Below are positions 61,601-64,000 of a DNA stretch of 64,000 nt, one piece after another. The stretch lies in the IMG/VR virus record IMGVR_UViG_3300042401_001180, one strand, 5' to 3'. Source of the DNA: a virus (lineage: Duplodnaviria > Heunggongvirae > Uroviricota > Caudoviricetes). The notes under the pieces were generated by a model. It did not search any database and was not told where the DNA came from. It saw only the letters and a list, made by a program, of their open reading frames with translations. Positions within the stretch are counted from its first letter, which is position 1, and every line of letters begins with the position of its first letter. The translations under genes were made by a program, and so were the position numbers.

Positions 61601-63667
61601 TGGTCCAGGATTCGGTGAAGTGTACGCACCTTGTGGTTCTTGATCGTCGTCGGCATCAAAATTACAAATATTAACGTTTGGTACCCCACCCCAAAAGTCG
61701 TTAGAGTTAACATTCGCCAAAAATGAATTATTACCTCTTGTGTTGATTATGTATTTACCTATTTTTGTTTCGGCATTTGAACTGCCACCCAAAGGTGAAT
61801 CGGTTATCTCTTCCAATTCCAAGTCAGGAGCATCACAAGAACAAGCTTCACAGTCAGGATATGACATCATTGGTAAATTTATTCCTTTAAAATTAAACTT
61901 AGTTAACATTGGTGATACTTTAGCTGCGAATAGAATTGCTGCTGCTATAAAGACAACTGCGGCTAAACTATAAAGAACAATTAACCCAATTGCGGGATAG
62001 GCAACAATCGCCGCTGCAATGTATTGGTATCCTAAATATAACAAATATACAGGGAAAAATATTGCTATCACCCATTTTAATATCGGCCAAACAAGTGCTA
62101 ATACGTGTAAAACAGGTATAAGAGCATATAAAATAGGACTAAAAATAGTCACAACTAAATTAAATAAGAAAAAGATAAAATCAAAATTTCTTACACCATC
62201 GTTAACGGGAAATCTATTTGTGGTTGTGGTACACGTTCTATCAGTAATTTCTTTTATTCCTAAATGTCTACTTCTATTATATCCCCATTTCCATCTGTCA
62301 ATAAAATTTGCAATGGTATAAACTTTATTAAAATGAAATTCATAAAATCTATCCTCACAATTTATTGCTTCTTGAATCATTTGTAAACCGATTGTTGTTC
62401 CCGTATCTCCATAGTCGTTCCAATCTAAACTAAACCCATATGAAAATAATTGGGCATTTAAATCTGTTGGCTGACTTGTGTTACCTGCCGACCATCCCCA
62501 CTCTTTAACATTAGGAACCAAATAATCTGCCCTTAATATGTTATTTTCTAATCCATTTTCATTTTGATATTGGATTCTAAATCTATATTTTGCCTTTGTT
62601 GGAATACCTACTGTTGGGTCATTTGAAAGTATTTGTTCCCCAAACTCGTTTGTTGTAACGTAATCCAAATTCATGGGTACCTCAGTTAACCATGTCCCTT
62701 CATCATCAATTATTTTACCACCTTCAGGTAAATTATATTGTTCTAATATCGGTCTACCATTGGAATCATAATCTATTGTTTGTCTTACTGCTAAAATTGT
62801 TCCTGATGATGAAACTAAATCACAAAGATTACCCGAATCTTTTTTAGGTTTACAATTAGTCTTTAAGAAGTCTTCTTCTGCGGTTGAGAATATTGATCCC
62901 ATAAATATGGAGTGAGGTTTAACTTCAATACCAATATCTCTTAAATCAAAATCAACTCTTGTAATACCAACATCACATAACTCCTCTTCACCCCAAAAAG
63001 ATGTCACGTCAGCATCTATTTTTATGTTTACTATCTGTGGTAATGATGCTAAGTCTGTTGACGACTTGAATTGGTCCCCGTTAAATTGTTCAGGTCCCGC
63101 CATACCCATTCTAATTAAATCGGCAGGGCGTAAAGAGAAACAACCAATGTTAGATAAGTCTAAATCTAAAACCACAGTTTGTATTCCTAATGGAACACCT
63201 ATAATCATAAAGTCACCACTTTCGTTTGTTTTAACGGTGAATTTATAATATTTATCATAAACCTCAAGTACTTCTTTTCTTGTTAAAACATCTTCTCTAT
63301 CGGGAAATGTCCCTGTTGGTGTGTGTCCACCGTATTCTTGTCTATATGGTAATAGATTATATCTATAACCATCATCATTTTTAATATCTAATGTTTTATA
63401 TGGGTATAATGTTGATATTACAACATCGTCTTCATCTTCAGGGTCTAGTGGTACAAAAACTGAAACAGTTGCGTTTGGTACCCCATACCCACCATTCACT
63501 ATCACTCTACCAGCGATAACTCCATAGTCGGCACAAAAACGTGTATACACATCGTCTTGTCTTAATTTTAATGATAATATTTCTAAAAAATCAAAATCTT
63601 GATTAACATTAATTCTTATGTTTTTGTCAACTCCAGGTTGAGTTCTTATTCTATAACTTTTAGTCAT
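58631..63667 (-). CDS. Giant baseplate-associated protein with carboxypeptidase-regulatory-like domain and internal TM segment
   Basis: GVIAGRV..GVPNATV..TNESGDFMIIGVPLG N-terminal motif; ~95-aa hydrophobic stretch; 1678 aa; TATTTAT at 63681-63687. Confidence 0.7.
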   Translation of the reverse strand: MTKSYRIRTQPGVDKNIRINVNQDFDFLEILSLKLRQDDVYTRFCADYGVIAGRVIVNGGYGVPNATVSVFVPLDPEDEDDVVISTLYPYKTLDIKNDDGYRYNLLPYRQEYGGHTPTGTFPDREDVLTRKEVLEVYDKYYKFTVKTNESGDFMIIGVPLGIQTVVLDLDLSNIGCFSLRPADLIRMGMAGPEQFNGDQFKSSTDLASLPQIVNIKIDADVTSFWGEEELCDVGITRVDFDLRDIGIEVKPHSIFMGSIFSTAEEDFLKTNCKPKKDSGNLCDLVSSSGTILAVRQTIDYDSNGRPILEQYNLPEGGKIIDDEGTWLTEVPMNLDYVTTNEFGEQILSNDPTVGIPTKAKYRFRIQYQNENGLENNILRADYLVPNVKEWGWSAGNTSQPTDLNAQLFSYGFSLDWNDYGDTGTTIGLQMIQEAINCEDRFYEFHFNKVYTIANFIDRWKWGYNRSRHLGIKEITDRTCTTTTNRFPVNDGVRNFDFIFFLFNLVVTIFSPILYALIPVLHVLALVWPILKWVIAIFFPVYLLYLGYQYIAAAIVAYPAIGLIVLYSLAAVVFIAAAILFAAKVSPMLTKFNFKGINLPMMSYPDCEACSCDAPDLELEEITDSPLGGSSNAETKIGKYIINTRGNNSFLANVNSNDFWGGVPNVNICNFDADDDQEPQGAYTSPNPGPTYFCELSPDQYTGSDTKKNQKYQADSYGIRYGIAGFPTSPEIGMPITKDFTETNEKYYSQEDITYSQSLNLANIRSRYFDTTAPNVITTTVNNGTPFTDNIIVLLCDPSTIGTYPSGTLVTFTNPNNINDINIVSGATNQFGSNSITGTSYTAVTNTPLTYIQQNGVPTTINIQVSGTSSEKEYKFKTGLEYYQVITGMTAYDADIIASGVNINATPNPASQYDTSSLLRKYVLNKLQLIRYRNGNTSTFTERINPLTVNGDSWKDMNILILVRGVDTYSEKQDINYDLSRLFGYPLGSNTVNVRGQFNLNVPIQPNTGIATDAWWYNSKSPEAHTQPYASSSIYHEPYNFEITGTQFSSVTSNSIIYYSSLDKSKSTYTPPGGNSFGYYYSTPSVFENGANTIKFYNFMSVLQGNTEGGSYMATTQNPNNDFNPLSSYNGRIYAPAYSTTNSGTIVVIPSGANPKLVLRSDRLPTSDVTQNDGLNSFALHQNDNFAAYVLSDSATPIVVGVGPTDSSNNSQDFGPDAPNAASSVLSSFDCAGMVPLKCYTVDPATNSFGVETPCDDNENPVRIKSGCYQFIQKPYVVNIKKDFENFTEWKLRFRMMFGACRGIFAHVFQNNWVNGTLYMFSFKKQTIFNIVGQPKKYKFCGTYDSTIRPGQGPIFYTENTTNSFFYRATPYDSNNFVGQIPKQGTYSNPTLLPVDFGGANERNIFFPTTIMDLGARDEFTKEICTNPDFEGYIIETIKSTSYNDTSDLLQLFIVSRLINTSFLQQIFNFGDASINRMFSRSEDRMDGDIVQLFSINSEYGVEGFDEDTYDGVGDIYIATAGDATLGVFFTSNTENRIVVSPGITTFTPTLTNYFGYPKTQEVPFYQWRLNQGSVNTIFGSDLNDWETNLLGSGGFYSQKYQDLSFYQSPFSQYFNNLNTGRRGYIYNSTPGGATDETMPAGQQNPFLVGSPYHFYFGLGKGKSSINRYITKYILNQDV

Positions 63668-63739
63668 CAGTCTTTTAAAAATAAATAGTTATGTTCCTAC
63701 TTTTTAAAAGTAAGGGTTATAGAAATAAAATAAAGAATC

Positions 63740-64000
63740 TTATGAAAAGTCTACGGTTTTTAGACTCTTGACTCTCACTTTAATGTCCTTGTTATTGAAT
63801 CTAACTTGGTACACTTGATCGGGTTCTGCAAATATAGTATCGTCAATTAATGCAATTTCTCTTGTGGGTTTATCAACATATTTCTGAGAAGTTTCAGACG
63901 ATGAATATTGCCCACCAACTTTATTATAGACTTTTAAATCTGATAGTGTTGATACCCCTGCAACATTTTGTATTAACCTTCTTACATCTGAAACGTTTAC
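63740..64000 (-). CDS. C-terminal part of probable baseplate wedge (gp6/J-like) protein
   Basis: Hand-translated open frame VNVSDVRRLIQNVAGVSTLSDLKVYNKVGGQYS...RFNNKDIKVRVKSLKTVDFS*; position directly upstream of baseplate-like genes. Confidence 0.55.
   Translation of the reverse strand, partial: VNVSDVRRLIQNVAGVSTLSDLKVYNKVGGQYSSSETSQKYVDKPTREIALIDDTIFAEPDQVYQVRFNNKDIKVRVKSLKTVDFS

Noticed and set aside
663-63248. Numerous 60-190 aa ORFs on the strand opposite long genes (e.g. 663..884, 16641..17204, 59016..59558) and short alternative-frame ORFs nested in them
   Set aside because: They lie inside well-supported genes and show S/F/I-rich antisense composition; treated as shadow ORFs.
1-64000. 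Genome-wide TAG or TGA stop-codon reassignment
   Set aside because: Long genes are uninterrupted in code 11. TAG at 10564 is needed to stop before a convergent gene, and TGA serves as a normal coupled stop (ATGA overlaps).

Overview
A 64-kb AT-rich segment of a large tailed phage genome, probably a jumbo myovirus. Almost all genes lie on the minus strand. A Bacteroidota host is inferred from an Hc1-type histone-like protein, SprB-like repeats, a Bacteroidota-type short sigma-70 factor and TTG-N20-TAnnTTTG promoters. From about 64 kb down to 29.7 kb the window holds a baseplate/tail module. It contains baseplate wedge-like genes, two paralogous tail-fibre sub-modules, SprB/PKD/LRR-like and Pro-Thr mucin-like proteins, and an embedded GT60-like GlcNAc transferase. 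From about 29.7 to 20.6 kb is a replication/recombination module: RuvC-like resolvase, primase, PD-(D/E)XK nuclease and SbcD/SbcC (gp47/gp46). From about 20.6 kb to 1 is a mixed region with a candidate R-M pair, sigma factor, candidate ncRNA, amidase-like/spanin-like cluster, putative internal head proteins, DnaJ, Dam, PcfJ-like protein, glutaredoxin and a degenerate MetK-like gene. The main observations are: (i) a possible virion O-glycosylation system; (ii) two gene cassettes stacked between resolvase and primase, with duplicated flanks joined at a 5-nt microhomology; (iii) a GC-rich ~145-nt pseudoknotted RNA candidate with its own promoter and terminator; (iv) a shared N-terminal leader ending in (I/L/V)-x-E on unrelated proteins; (v) three promoter classes. 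No tRNA, rRNA, CRISPR array or integrase was seen. Family assignments come from motif recognition by eye; no database searches were run.
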